DNA from: Clostridia bacterium
GTDB taxonomy: Bacteria; Bacillota; Clostridia; UBA1212; UBA1255
Direction: 5' to 3'
NCBI GenBank assembly: GCA_017935905.1
Contig: JAGBGO010000035.1
Span: 36,064 to 100,063 of the forward strand
DNA: 64,000 nucleotides
The position numbers and the translations under genes are program-made. Under the pieces are notes generated by a model that made no database searches, was not told where the DNA came from, and saw only the letters and a program-made list of their open reading frames with translations. Below are positions 1-8,964 of this stretch, piece after piece; within the stretch, counting starts at the first letter, position 1, and the number at the start of each line of letters is the position of its first letter.

Positions 1-367
1 TTTCATGAATGCTGTTCACTCCGTGAGAATCCAAGGCGAAAAAACGCTGTACGGTGTAAAGCCCCAAATCTCTGGCTTGGCGTATCAACTGGCCTCTCGT
101 ACTGATAATGCCGTCGGCGCCTGCTTTGGCTAAGAATTCAATGCCGGCACGGTCTTTACCGATTCCGGAAGCAAGATCGATATGTACGAAAATCTTCTTG
201 CCCGCCCGATGAGCTGCCTGAATTCGCTGCGACACAGTCATAATGCCGGCTTTCAAATCGAACAGAACCTCACAGGGAGATTCCAATGCCGCTTTGAAGT
301 TTTCTTCATAAACAGAAGCAATTACCGGACTGCGTTCAAAAATGTCTTTCAATTCTGTCCCTTCCAC
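1..367 (-). CDS. GlpP-family glycerol-3-phosphate-responsive antiterminator. It is partial because the C-terminus lies beyond the window edge.
   Basis: The reverse-strand translation MEGTELKDIFERSPVIASVYEEN...KKIFVHIDLASGIGKDRAGIEFLAKAGADGIISTRGQLIRQARDLGLYTVQRFFALDS matches the GlpP (G3P antiterminator) family. A GTG start at 365-367 is preceded by a GGAGG ribosome-binding site. Confidence 0.55.
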   Translation of the reverse strand, partial: MEGTELKDIFERSPVIASVYEENFKAALESPCEVLFDLKAGIMTVSQRIQAAHRAGKKIFVHIDLASGIGKDRAGIEFLAKAGADGIISTRGQLIRQARDLGLYTVQRFFALDSHGVNSIHE

Positions 368-607
368 GTGCTGCGCCTCCTAATAAAATAAAAAAAGACG
401 CAAACTACCCCCTTATCCCACGGGGTATTTGCATCTCCAATCATCTCTGCTCTTTCATTATAAAAACAGAAGGCTGTTTTGTCAAGAGCACGGGTACGTG
501 CAAGCCCCCTCCCCGCTGAAAAGGCCGAGTCATTCAGCACGCTTTCGCAGGGTATTTGCCCGTGGAGCAAATGGAATTTACCCACGGGCAAATATGAAAA
601 AACAAAC

Positions 608-2269
608 TTATTTCGCGCCACTTTGAAGTAGCGAGTCAATGTAGTCCAAATTGAACACAACCCGCACCTTCTTGTAGCAATCGGTATATCCGCCCCAGTT
701 TGCTTTGTATCTCCAACCAACGCCGTAGGGAGACGCCGAAGTTCCGTCCGCATAAATACCGTGCATAGGATCGCAGGTAATCCAGCATTTCGGTAGCCAA
801 GACTGTACCTGACCCCAGTAAGCCGTCGTCAAACCCGGATAATTTCCGGAGTTAATATAGCACAGCATCTCAAGTGGCAAATTCTTCACAGGAGATAAAT
901 CTTTCACCCGCGTGTAACTCAAATTCAGGAATTTCAAAGAAGGACATTGGGCAAGGGGTGCAATATTGGAAAGAGAACCGCACCAGGCCAATTCCAAGAA
1001 GTCCAATTTCTTACAGTTCGCCAAGGGAGACAAATCCGTAATCGGGCTTCCGGAAAGAATGGCCAATTCCAGATCCGGCATATAACCCAAGAAGCTCAAA
1101 TCCCGCATCGTCGTATTGTGTCCCAAATCCACGTATTTCACCTTGGTCAAATACTTAAACAAATAACTGTTGCTGTCATCTACGTGATACACGGCGCGAA
1201 GCACGGTGGTATCGGTGAGCCAGCTGCGACTCTTGGTACTGGTGCTGTTGGGATAATAATGGAAAATTCTCCAAACAATTTCCGTTTGAGCCTTGTAATC
1301 GTCCCGAATCTGTGCCAGTACTTCATTGGTCAGTTTACAGTTATCCAGCTTAAAATGGGTGCAGCGGGTCAAAATATCCAACGCTTCCCGAATGGCGGGG
1401 GCGCCGCTGTCTCCGATGTTGGCATTGACGTAGGAGACGGTCTTGCTCAAAGTAGACAGCGTCTTGCCGTAAAGGGTAAAAGAATAATCAAACAAAACGC
1501 CGGGAGCTGCCGTCTGTAACTTCTTAACGTCCGCTTTACTCCAACTGCTACTTAGCTTCACCACGCAAGGCACCGTCAAAGACTTGGCTTCTTCAACCGA
1601 AGCATTGACTTCACTTGCGCTACGCCCGGTCCAGTCGTAAACCGGCCACGAACTGTCCAGCGTCACTTTGGTGTCGGTAATCACAGGTTCCACCGGTGCA
1701 GCCGGAACTGTAGAACCGTTGTACGTGGTAACGGTGAAAACGATTTGAGGATAAGCCGTCTTCAGATCATTGATTTGTTTCTCCGTAAGTTTCGTTTGAT
1801 TCAAAGCCACAGAGGACACTTTAGGCAAATATTTCAGATTTGCTTTCAGCGTATTATATTCAAAATCCGTATCCGTCAAAGAAAGATAGGTTACCGTATT
1901 GCCAACGGCTTTCGTTCCGACGGATACCGTGTAAATCACTTCAACCTTGGGATTAGCATCGGCAAAAGCCATAATTTCCGCGTAGCAATCGCTTCCGGAA
2001 AGGTCCGCTTTCTTCAAATTGGGATATTGGTAAAGCTGCGCAATGGTCTCTGCAGTTACCTGCATCTTCACTTCTTCCGACGGATCGGCAGGTCCCGGAC
2101 TTCCCGTAGGAGCAAGGCTGCCCGTAGGCGTCAAAGAAGTCTCCGGCGACTGCGTTGCATCAGGCGTATCTCCCACTTGATTCATCTGGCAAGCCACAAA
2201 AGCAATAACCAAGACAACAACGATCAGCAAGGCGGCTAAACGAATCCATTTTCCGTATTTTCTCACCAT
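608..2269 (-). CDS. Membrane-anchored surface protein with a C-terminal leucine-rich-repeat (LRR) domain
   Basis: It has an N-terminal signal anchor followed by a Pro/Thr/Ser-rich linker. The C-terminus carries LRR-like repeats (LxxLxLxxNxI.. ; ...ITDLSPLANCKKLDFLELAWCGSLSNIAPLAQCPSLKFLNLSYTRVKDLSPV). Confidence 0.5.
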   Translation of the reverse strand: MVRKYGKWIRLAALLIVVVLVIAFVACQMNQVGDTPDATQSPETSLTPTGSLAPTGSPGPADPSEEVKMQVTAETIAQLYQYPNLKKADLSGSDCYAEIMAFADANPKVEVIYTVSVGTKAVGNTVTYLSLTDTDFEYNTLKANLKYLPKVSSVALNQTKLTEKQINDLKTAYPQIVFTVTTYNGSTVPAAPVEPVITDTKVTLDSSWPVYDWTGRSASEVNASVEEAKSLTVPCVVKLSSSWSKADVKKLQTAAPGVLFDYSFTLYGKTLSTLSKTVSYVNANIGDSGAPAIREALDILTRCTHFKLDNCKLTNEVLAQIRDDYKAQTEIVWRIFHYYPNSTSTKSRSWLTDTTVLRAVYHVDDSNSYLFKYLTKVKYVDLGHNTTMRDLSFLGYMPDLELAILSGSPITDLSPLANCKKLDFLELAWCGSLSNIAPLAQCPSLKFLNLSYTRVKDLSPVKNLPLEMLCYINSGNYPGLTTAYWGQVQSWLPKCWITCDPMHGIYADGTSASPYGVGWRYKANWGGYTDCYKKVRVVFNLDYIDSLLQSGAK

Positions 2270-2314
2270 AATCCCTCCATCAATCCAGTTCTTGTACGAT
2301 TGTACCGCACAAAG

Positions 2315-2959
2315 TTAAGTTTGTCCACCAATTTCACGGCCGTGATGCACCGAAAAGTCTGCGTGCATCCCTTCTAATTTCTGTTTATCCCCATAGCCGT
2401 AGAAAACAGCGCAGGTGCGACCGAATCCCGCTGCTTTTCCCGCTTCAATATCCGTGTAGGAATCCCCCACCATCATACACCCGGCAGGCTCGGCCTCCAT
2501 GGCTTTCGCACAAAGGAGCAACCCCTCCGGATCCGGCTTCATGCGGGTCACGGATTCAGGACCGATGACGCGGGTAAAAAAGCGCCCGATCTGTAACTTC
2601 TCCACAATCATTCTCGTCAAAGGTTCCGGTTTGTTGGACACCACGGACATTTTAACGCCCCGTGCCTGAAAACCTTTCAACGTTTCCAAAATGCCGGGAT
2701 ATAAAACCGTTTCGTCACAGGGATGCGCCGCATAATAATTTTTGTACCATGCCAGAACTTCCGCTTTCTTGTCTTCTTCCACAGGCACCGTATGTTCAAC
2801 CAAATGTTTGGCACCCCAGCCCACGAAGGACATAATTTCAGGGGTAGTCATTTCCGGCACGCCATACTGACGCTGGGTAGCCCGAACCGAAGCGGCAATA
2901 TCCAATGCCGTGTCCGCCAAAACTCCGTCAAAATCAAAAACAACTGCTTGTAACTCCAT
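2315..2959 (-). CDS. HAD-superfamily hydrolase, phosphoglycolate-phosphatase-like
   Basis: It contains the VVFDFDGVLADT HAD motif I, a downstream SNKP motif and a GDSxxD motif. Confidence 0.75.
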   Translation of the reverse strand: MELQAVVFDFDGVLADTALDIAASVRATQRQYGVPEMTTPEIMSFVGWGAKHLVEHTVPVEEDKKAEVLAWYKNYYAAHPCDETVLYPGILETLKGFQARGVKMSVVSNKPEPLTRMIVEKLQIGRFFTRVIGPESVTRMKPDPEGLLLCAKAMEAEPAGCMMVGDSYTDIEAGKAAGFGRTCAVFYGYGDKQKLEGMHADFSVHHGREIGGQT

Positions 2960-2978
2960 TTTACTCTCAGACCTCTAC

Positions 2979-3929
2979 TTAAAACATTTTCTTTTTGAAC
3001 AAAATAATGGCTACGATGGCGCACACAAGGGCTGCACCGCCGCAAATCCCGTAAAATGCCCAACTAAACTGTGCAAGCGGCATGGGTACGTTCATACCGA
3101 AGAACCCGGAAATAATATTGGGAATGGACATAACAATGGTAACTGATGCTAAAAGTTTCATTACAATATTCAAATTGTTGGAAATAATTGAAGCAAAGGC
3201 GTCCATCATCCCATTCAAAATATTACTGTAAATGTTGGCCATTTCAATGGCCTGCTTATTCTCGATAATAACGTCCTCCAGCAAGTCCTCGTCTTCCGGA
3301 TATTTCTTAATAGAAATATTTGGGAAATTGTATTTCATCAACTTCGTCAGTACAATCTCATTGGACTTCAAAGAAGTAGAGAAGAAGACCAGAGATTTCT
3401 CTAAAGAGAGCAAAAGCATCAATTCTTTGTTCTTCATGGATTTATGCAGATCATTTTCAATATTGTTGGTAATTTTGTCAATCTGCCGCAAATATTGCAA
3501 ATAATACGTGGCGTTGCGGTACAAAAGTTGAAGAATGAAACGGTTCTTCTTAAACGTGCAGAACGTCTTCACCCGGTTCTCCAAAAAATCACGTATCAAC
3601 TGGGTTTTCTTCAGACTTACGGTAATCAGACACGTAGGGCACACGATAATACCTAAAGGCATGGTGGCATAAGCAAAGCGGTCGGAACCGGGTACAGCCT
3701 CTACCAAAGGGATATCTACTACGATCAACGTAACGCCGTCTTCGGATTCAATACGGGGGCGCTCTTCTTCGTCCAGGGCGGCGGTTAAAAAGTCTTGTTC
3801 CACACCCATTTTACCCGCAATCTCCTGAATCTCCGATTTGGAGGGATCCAGCATATTGATCCAGCACCCCTCTACGGGCGCCTCCAATTTTTGCAACTTG
3901 CCATCTTCGGAAAATAAAATCTCGATCAT
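2979..3929 (-). CDS. corA: Magnesium/cobalt transporter CorA
   Basis: It has the GMN signature (FGMNVPMP) followed by two C-terminal transmembrane helices, and is 316 aa long. Confidence 0.85.
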   Translation of the reverse strand: MIEILFSEDGKLQKLEAPVEGCWINMLDPSKSEIQEIAGKMGVEQDFLTAALDEEERPRIESEDGVTLIVVDIPLVEAVPGSDRFAYATMPLGIIVCPTCLITVSLKKTQLIRDFLENRVKTFCTFKKNRFILQLLYRNATYYLQYLRQIDKITNNIENDLHKSMKNKELMLLLSLEKSLVFFSTSLKSNEIVLTKLMKYNFPNISIKKYPEDEDLLEDVIIENKQAIEMANIYSNILNGMMDAFASIISNNLNIVMKLLASVTIVMSIPNIISGFFGMNVPMPLAQFSWAFYGICGGAALVCAIVAIILFKKKMF

Positions 3930-4336
3930 GGCTCCATCCCTCCCGGCCCTGTCTTTGCAGGTTTATTCCGCCACAGGCGCTCAATATTGTAGAACTCCCG
4001 CTCTTCTTCTAAAAATACGTGGGCCACCACGTCGGTGAAATCCATTAAAATCCAACGCGCCGTATCGTAACCCTCCAAATGCACGCAGGGCTGACCCGCT
4101 TCCTTCATCTTCTCCATCACTTCGTCGGCAATACCTCTTAAATGGGTAGAAGATGTGCCGCTGCAAAGAATAAATGCATCGGTAATAGGCGTCTGACCCG
4201 CCAAATCAATAACGTCAATTTGTTTCGCCTTTCGGTCCTCCATAGCATTGACTACAATTTCGGTAAAAATCTTTCCTTTATTTTGTTCGTTCATCACGTT
4301 ACGCTCCTTTATCATCTTATTCTTGCAACTTGCCAC
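3926..4336 (-). CDS. rsfS: Ribosome silencing factor RsfS (Iojap family)
   Basis: The 136-aa protein carries Iojap-like motifs (ILMDFTDVVAHVF..EREFYNIERLW). It sits in the conserved nadD-yqeK-rsfS arrangement. Confidence 0.8.
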   Translation of the reverse strand: MASCKNKMIKERNVMNEQNKGKIFTEIVVNAMEDRKAKQIDVIDLAGQTPITDAFILCSGTSSTHLRGIADEVMEKMKEAGQPCVHLEGYDTARWILMDFTDVVAHVFLEEEREFYNIERLWRNKPAKTGPGGMEP

Positions 4337-5474
4337 GCGCCCAATCTCGGGTATCTTTCGTGTCTTGGCAAATGGGTTTACCTTGTTCTTCTAAATGGGC
4401 GATGGTCATCTCGCATTCCGCCAGCACTGCAGGCAGCAATCCTTCTCGGTTCAGCACGTCCCGCACTTTGTCAAAATGAGGACCTTCCCTGCCGGCCTCG
4501 GTATAGTCCGCCACAAAAAGGATTTGTGCCAGCGTTCCCATACCGGGTTTGCCGGTGGTGTGGCATGCAATGGCTTCCAAAATATCGGGATCCTCCACAC
4601 CGTAACGGGTAGCGGCTAAAATTTCCGAGGCTTTTGCATGAAGCAATGCGCCATTATCCCCCTCTAACCCAAGCCATGCGTACTGGGCTTTTGTAAATTC
4701 CCGGGCTCCATCGTGGAGAAGGCCCGCCCACGCACATTTGTCTTCCGGGACTCCTACTTTGCGTCCGATGCGCATCGCTTCTTCCATCACCCCAATGCTG
4801 TGGGCGTATCGGGAAGGACTCAGCCGATTTTGCAGTTCTTGAGCAGCCGTTTCCAGATTCTTATGCTTGTCCCTTTGGTAAAGACCATTTTCCCGGATGA
4901 TTTCCGCCACACTTCCGGGCAGCCACCCATCCATATTTCGTCCTGCTTCGCAGCCGCTGCGAATTTCCGTGGAAGAAATGTCCACGCTGGGTACTTCCGC
5001 AAATTGAATCCGGGCGCCTTCCCGGGTGAGTTCCATATACTCAGTCCGGAAGTCTTCCCGGCTGTATCCCGGCCTGTACATCGCCACAAAACTACATAAT
5101 CGAAAGACTTGGTGATAATCTTTCCAGTGCTTTAAGTCCGCCAGTACGTCTGCGCCGATGATCCACACGTATTCCCCATCCGGATCTTGTGCGTGAAGGC
5201 TGCGTAGCGTGTCTACGGTGTAGGTATATCCGTTTCTTCGAATTTCCATATCCGATACGGAGAATTTAGGATTGCCGGTTTCCCGGATTGCTGCCTGCAC
5301 CATTTGCAGGCGCAGGATTCCCGGCGTTACGTTCCGATGTACCTTGTGAGGCGGGTCTCCCGTGGGCATAAATATCACGCGATCCAACCCTGCAGCGTTG
5401 AATACCGCAGAGGCTACGTCAATATGCCCTTTATGGATCGGATCAAACGTCCCTCCAAAAATCCCAATTCTCAT
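4317..5474 (-). CDS. nadD: Fused nicotinate-nucleotide adenylyltransferase NadD (N-terminal) and YqeK-type HD-domain phosphohydrolase (C-terminal)
   Basis: The N-terminus MRIGIFGGTFDPIHKGH carries the (H/T)xGH nucleotidyltransferase motif. The C-terminus carries an HD domain (YAHSIGV...LLHDGARE). It is one continuous 385-aa ORF. Confidence 0.8.
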   Translation of the reverse strand: MRIGIFGGTFDPIHKGHIDVASAVFNAAGLDRVIFMPTGDPPHKVHRNVTPGILRLQMVQAAIRETGNPKFSVSDMEIRRNGYTYTVDTLRSLHAQDPDGEYVWIIGADVLADLKHWKDYHQVFRLCSFVAMYRPGYSREDFRTEYMELTREGARIQFAEVPSVDISSTEIRSGCEAGRNMDGWLPGSVAEIIRENGLYQRDKHKNLETAAQELQNRLSPSRYAHSIGVMEEAMRIGRKVGVPEDKCAWAGLLHDGAREFTKAQYAWLGLEGDNGALLHAKASEILAATRYGVEDPDILEAIACHTTGKPGMGTLAQILFVADYTEAGREGPHFDKVRDVLNREGLLPAVLAECEMTIAHLEEQGKPICQDTKDTRDWARGKLQE

Positions 5475-5504
5475 CGTACTGCTTCTTTCCTTTTTCTTAC
5501 AAAA

Positions 5505-5540
5505 ACGCCCAACCGCTTTGTCATTCGGTGGGCGTTTCAG
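5505..5540 (-). terminator. Rho-independent terminator downstream of the 5573-5920 gene
   Basis: On the minus strand the hairpin AACGCCCACCGaatgacaaagCGGTTGGGCGTT is followed by TTTTGT. Confidence 0.5.
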
Positions 5541-5572
5541 GCTTCATCTCATACTTTGTTCCGTACATAGGC

Positions 5573-5920
5573 TTAATGTTTGGGAACCTTCTTATCCATA
5601 GCCTTCCCAAAACTATACCAAGAGTTGCGCAACTTATGACGAAGTTCCACATCAAACACCCATTCAATGGCGTCGTTTAATTTCTTTCTCATTTCAAGAT
5701 ATTCACCGCGGTTGAACCCGTCCTGTGCCAGAAGGGCATCCATATCCGCAATCCATGCACACACGCGATCAATCCCTGCCGCGTCCGGATCCACTTTCTT
5801 CTTCAAATGAAAAACCACTGACTTTACGGACTTCTTCTGAAGCTCCGCATCCGGTGTAAGTTGAATCGTTTCCTGCTTACCCACATGATCCGCTATACTA
5901 CTGCCACTATCTGTACTCAT
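5573..5920 (-). CDS. Hypothetical protein of about 115 aa
   Basis: The ORF is preceded by an AAAGGAG ribosome-binding site 7 nt before the second in-frame ATG (MSTDSGSS...). I recognise no family for it. Confidence 0.4.
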   Translation of the reverse strand: MSTDSGSSIADHVGKQETIQLTPDAELQKKSVKSVVFHLKKKVDPDAAGIDRVCAWIADMDALLAQDGFNRGEYLEMRKKLNDAIEWVFDVELRHKLRNSWYSFGKAMDKKVPKH

Positions 5921-5976
5921 GCACTCATCTCCTTTCAAGCTCCGACCTATACTATCATACGAAAAAAATCAAAACC

Positions 5977-5995
5977 TATCACATAATTTGTGATA
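5977..5995. promoter_or_regulatory. Palindromic operator-like site TATCACA-N5-TGTGATA in the 5' UTR of the 5573-5920 gene
   Basis: It is a perfect 7-bp inverted repeat with a 5-bp spacer. It lies about 30 nt downstream of a minus-strand TTGCAT-17-TACAAT promoter at 6025-6053. Confidence 0.4.
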
Positions 5996-6075
5996 AGTTT
6001 GATTTCTTTTTTGTTCTTGACTTGATTGTATCACTGCCGGCGGTAAAATGCAAGTTCATTTTCCCCGGCGTTTTC

Positions 6076-7440
6076 TCAGTTCTTTAAACTCTGCATAGGC
6101 GCCGGAATTCGTCCGCCTCTTGCAATAAAGGAGCTGCTGTCTTTCTCATACTGGCGCACCGGCATCACAGGGCCGCTTCCAAGCAGTCCACCAAATTCTA
6201 CCACGTCGCCCACTTTCTTTCCGGGCGCAGGAATAATGCGCACGGCCGTGGTCTTATGGTTGACCATGCCGATGGCCGCTTCGTCTGCAATAATGGCAGA
6301 AATGGTGGAAGCGCTGGTGTCTCCCGGCACCACGATCATATCCAATCCTACGGAGCATACGCAGGTCATGGCCTCTAATTTTTCGATGCATAAAGAGCCT
6401 TTCTGTACGGCTTCAATCATACCCTCGTCTTCACTGACAGGAATAAAGGCACCGGAAAGTCCGCCTACGTGAGAAGATGCCATCAATCCGCCTTTCTTCA
6501 CAGCATCGTTAAGCAGCGCAAGGGCAGCCGTCGTTCCCGGAGCACCGCAATGGCCCACACCCATTTCTTCGATAATGCGGGCAACGCTGTCTCCAACTGC
6601 CGGCGTGGGTGCCAAAGACAAGTCTACAATGCCGAAGGGCACGCCTAAACGCTCACTGGCAAGTTTTGCAACCAATTGACCCATACGGGTGATCTTAAAG
6701 GCTGTTTTCTTAATGGTTTCGGCTAAAACGGTGAAATCTTGTCCGCGTACGGCTTCAATGGCGCATTTGACTACACCGGGTCCGCTGACGCCTACGTTAA
6801 TGACGCACTCCGGCTCTCCCACACCGTGAAAAGCGCCTGCCATAAAGGGATTGTCCTCCGGGGCGTTGGCAAATACCACCAAGCGGGCACAGGATGCACC
6901 GCCGGTTTCTGCGGAAAGTTCTGCGGCTTTCTTAATTAAAATACCCATATCCCGCACCGCATCCATATTGATGCCGGCTTTAGAGGTACCTACGTTGACG
7001 CTGGTACAAACTTTCTGGGTTTCAAGGAGAGCGTAGGGAAGCGACTCTACCAAAGTCTTCTCGCTTACCGTATAGCCTTTGTGGACCAATGCGGAATAAC
7101 CGCCGATAAAGTTTACGCCGGTTTCTGCTGCCGCCCGGTCTAACGTGCGGGCCAGCGCCACGCATCCGTCAATATCGTGAGGGGCAATCATACCGACCGG
7201 GGTTACGGAAATTCTCTTATTTACAATGGGAATACCCAATTCCGTTTCAATCTCACAACAAACGGAAACTAAATTTCTTGCCGTATGGGTAATCTTATCA
7301 TACACCGCTTGGCACGTAGCCTGAATATCCCCCCGCACACAAGAAAGCAAATTGATGCCCATGGTGACGGTACGAATATCCAAATGTTCTTGTTGAATCA
7401 TTTTGACGGTTTGCGCAATTTCATCCGTAGAAATAAACAT
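6076..7440 (-). CDS. UPF0210 family protein (DUF711)
   Basis: The 454-aa protein is encoded immediately downstream of a ~90-aa ACT-domain protein. This is the conserved UPF0237/UPF0210 gene pair. Confidence 0.65.
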   Translation of the reverse strand: MFISTDEIAQTVKMIQQEHLDIRTVTMGINLLSCVRGDIQATCQAVYDKITHTARNLVSVCCEIETELGIPIVNKRISVTPVGMIAPHDIDGCVALARTLDRAAAETGVNFIGGYSALVHKGYTVSEKTLVESLPYALLETQKVCTSVNVGTSKAGINMDAVRDMGILIKKAAELSAETGGASCARLVVFANAPEDNPFMAGAFHGVGEPECVINVGVSGPGVVKCAIEAVRGQDFTVLAETIKKTAFKITRMGQLVAKLASERLGVPFGIVDLSLAPTPAVGDSVARIIEEMGVGHCGAPGTTAALALLNDAVKKGGLMASSHVGGLSGAFIPVSEDEGMIEAVQKGSLCIEKLEAMTCVCSVGLDMIVVPGDTSASTISAIIADEAAIGMVNHKTTAVRIIPAPGKKVGDVVEFGGLLGSGPVMPVRQYEKDSSSFIARGGRIPAPMQSLKN

Positions 7441-7455
7441 AATCGTTCACTCCTC

Positions 7456-7728
7456 TCAGATTTTGTGCATAGCATTGAAAATGTCTACGTGTTGCAACCG
7501 GATGCGTAGACCCATTTCGTCTCCCAATGCCGCCAAATTCGCCGCAAGCGGTGCAAAGCCACCCTTCACAGACGTAACGTCTACCAGCATGGTCATGGTA
7601 AAAATCTCATCCATAGTGGTTTGGCTGATATCTAAAATATTCACGTCTGCTTCTGCAAGCATATTGGATACGGCAGCAATAATGCCTACCCGGTCACTGC
7701 CGATCACCGTAAGTACTGCTTTAATCAT
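7456..7728 (-). CDS. ACT-domain protein (UPF0237 family)
   Basis: The 90-aa protein has the ACT-like motif MIKAVLTVIGSDRVGIIAAVSNMLAEADVNILDISQT. Confidence 0.7.
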   Translation of the reverse strand: MIKAVLTVIGSDRVGIIAAVSNMLAEADVNILDISQTTMDEIFTMTMLVDVTSVKGGFAPLAANLAALGDEMGLRIRLQHVDIFNAMHKI

Positions 7729-7752
7729 GGTATAATGCCTCCTTGTACGAAA

Positions 7753-8649
7753 TTACTGTTCCAACGTTTTGAAGCTGTACCCCTTGCCGGTGGCTTGGGT
7801 AATGAAGTCATCTAATACGTTAAACAAGGCTTCACTGGTATCCATAGAATAGATGATACCGTCTGCCAGACTTTCCACCATAACGCTCAAAGCATTCTTG
7901 GTTTCTCCGCCAATGGTGCGGGACCACAAGGCTACTTTGTAGCCCATAGCTTCTGCAATTGCGATATCCCGCGCGGAAATCTTCATAGGATCCGGGCGGA
8001 AAAATTCCATACGCTTGGTCGCCCCTGCGATACCTTGATAAGTTTCTTCCATGGTCCACAATTTATCACAGAACTGTTCGGGCGTGATGGTAGCGGTAGC
8101 AAAATTACCGCGAACGCCCAACACGTGACCTTCATTTACGATGCGTTTTAAAATATTCTCTGCTTCGTCGCCTAAATTCTTGTTAAGTTCAATGAAATTA
8201 TCCGGCATAAAGAACGTAGCTTTCAGGCTACTACCTTTCAACAAATCCAAAATTTTGACTTCCGTCCCTTGGATATAGCCTAAGTTGAACGTCAAATATA
8301 TATCAAGTCCTGTATCATCTGCTTTGGAATAGAAACAGGTAGTGTCTTTAATCACGGTCAAGGATTCCATATCGAAAGAAGACCATGCTTGATGATACGT
8401 AGCGGACAAACTGCTCAATTTTGTATAATCCACCGCGGGCCGCACGACAGGTCCCTGAGTAGGTTCCGGCGTCGCCGTAGGAGATGGCGTCCCTTGTGAT
8501 GCTGCCAACGTAGGAGATGCCGTTACCGGCGCCTTGGAAGGCTCGTTCAAAATTTCCTGGCTTTCCGGTCCTGTGAACGCTTGGGATACAATCAGCACCG
8601 TAACCGCAATAAACAATATGAAAAGTGCAATTAAATGACTCTTTCTCAT
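7753..8649 (-). CDS. Secreted NodB-homology (polysaccharide deacetylase-like) protein with degenerate catalytic motifs
   Basis: It has a signal peptide (MRKSHLIALFILFIAVTVLIV) and a Pro/Thr-rich linker. The NodB-like domain has TFNLGY in place of TFDDG and GHVLGVRG in place of H(S/T)xxH. Confidence 0.5.
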   Translation of the reverse strand: MRKSHLIALFILFIAVTVLIVSQAFTGPESQEILNEPSKAPVTASPTLAASQGTPSPTATPEPTQGPVVRPAVDYTKLSSLSATYHQAWSSFDMESLTVIKDTTCFYSKADDTGLDIYLTFNLGYIQGTEVKILDLLKGSSLKATFFMPDNFIELNKNLGDEAENILKRIVNEGHVLGVRGNFATATITPEQFCDKLWTMEETYQGIAGATKRMEFFRPDPMKISARDIAIAEAMGYKVALWSRTIGGETKNALSVMVESLADGIIYSMDTSEALFNVLDDFITQATGKGYSFKTLEQ

Positions 8650-8782
8650 TGGATCTCTCTCCTTCGATAGTATAACCTCTTGGATTATAACAAAGTTCCG
8701 GCAAAAAAACAATCGTCTTTTGCCGTCTGTCGGTTTGCCGGATTTCTATTTTGAAATGTACCGAACCAACGGAAAGCACCCG

Positions 8783-8822
8783 CCCTCCGGCCGGAGAGCA
8801 GGTGCTTCACAAAGCATTTTTC
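8783..8822 (-). terminator. GC-rich hairpin terminator downstream of the 8965-12525 gene and the small ORF
   Basis: On the minus strand the stem GAAGCACCtgctctccggccggagggcgGGTGCTTC is followed by a U-rich segment. Confidence 0.4.
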
Positions 8823-8835
8823 TTATAAACCCTTC

Positions 8836-8949
8836 TTACGGAAGATTCAAATCATCTTCCCAATCCGTTCCCTGCGTAGATTCTGTAATAATATCCTGTA
8901 CTTGGAACGTAAATACCTCAATTTCTGCTGTTTCAAAAATCTCTTTCAT
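8836..8949 (-). CDS. Candidate 37-aa acidic small protein (MKEIFETAEIEVFTFQVQDIITESTQGTDWEDDLNLP)
   Basis: A strong GGAGGGGG ribosome-binding site lies 7 nt upstream of the ATG, directly after the stop of the giant gene. The ORF lies upstream of the terminator hairpin. Confidence 0.3.
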   Translation of the reverse strand: MKEIFETAEIEVFTFQVQDIITESTQGTDWEDDLNLP

Positions 8950-8964
8950 ATCAGTTCCCCCTCC

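Noticed and set aside
392-607. A hairpin (TTTGCCCGTGG...CCACGGGCAAA) as a terminator of the LRR gene
   Set aside because: The U-tract lies on the wrong side of the stem for the minus-strand transcript, and there is no U-tract after it on the plus strand. It is more likely a regulatory or structural element, and I cannot assign it.
349-753. A 134-aa minus-strand ORF spanning the glpP/LRR intergenic region
   Set aside because: It overlaps the 3' end of the LRR gene and the glpP promoter region. It has no ribosome-binding site and no recognisable family. It is probably spurious.
947-2239. Plus-strand ORFs (947-1519, 1745-2239) antisense to the LRR gene
   Set aside because: They lie antisense within a well-supported coding region. 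Their composition is Arg/Gly-rich shadow-frame junk.
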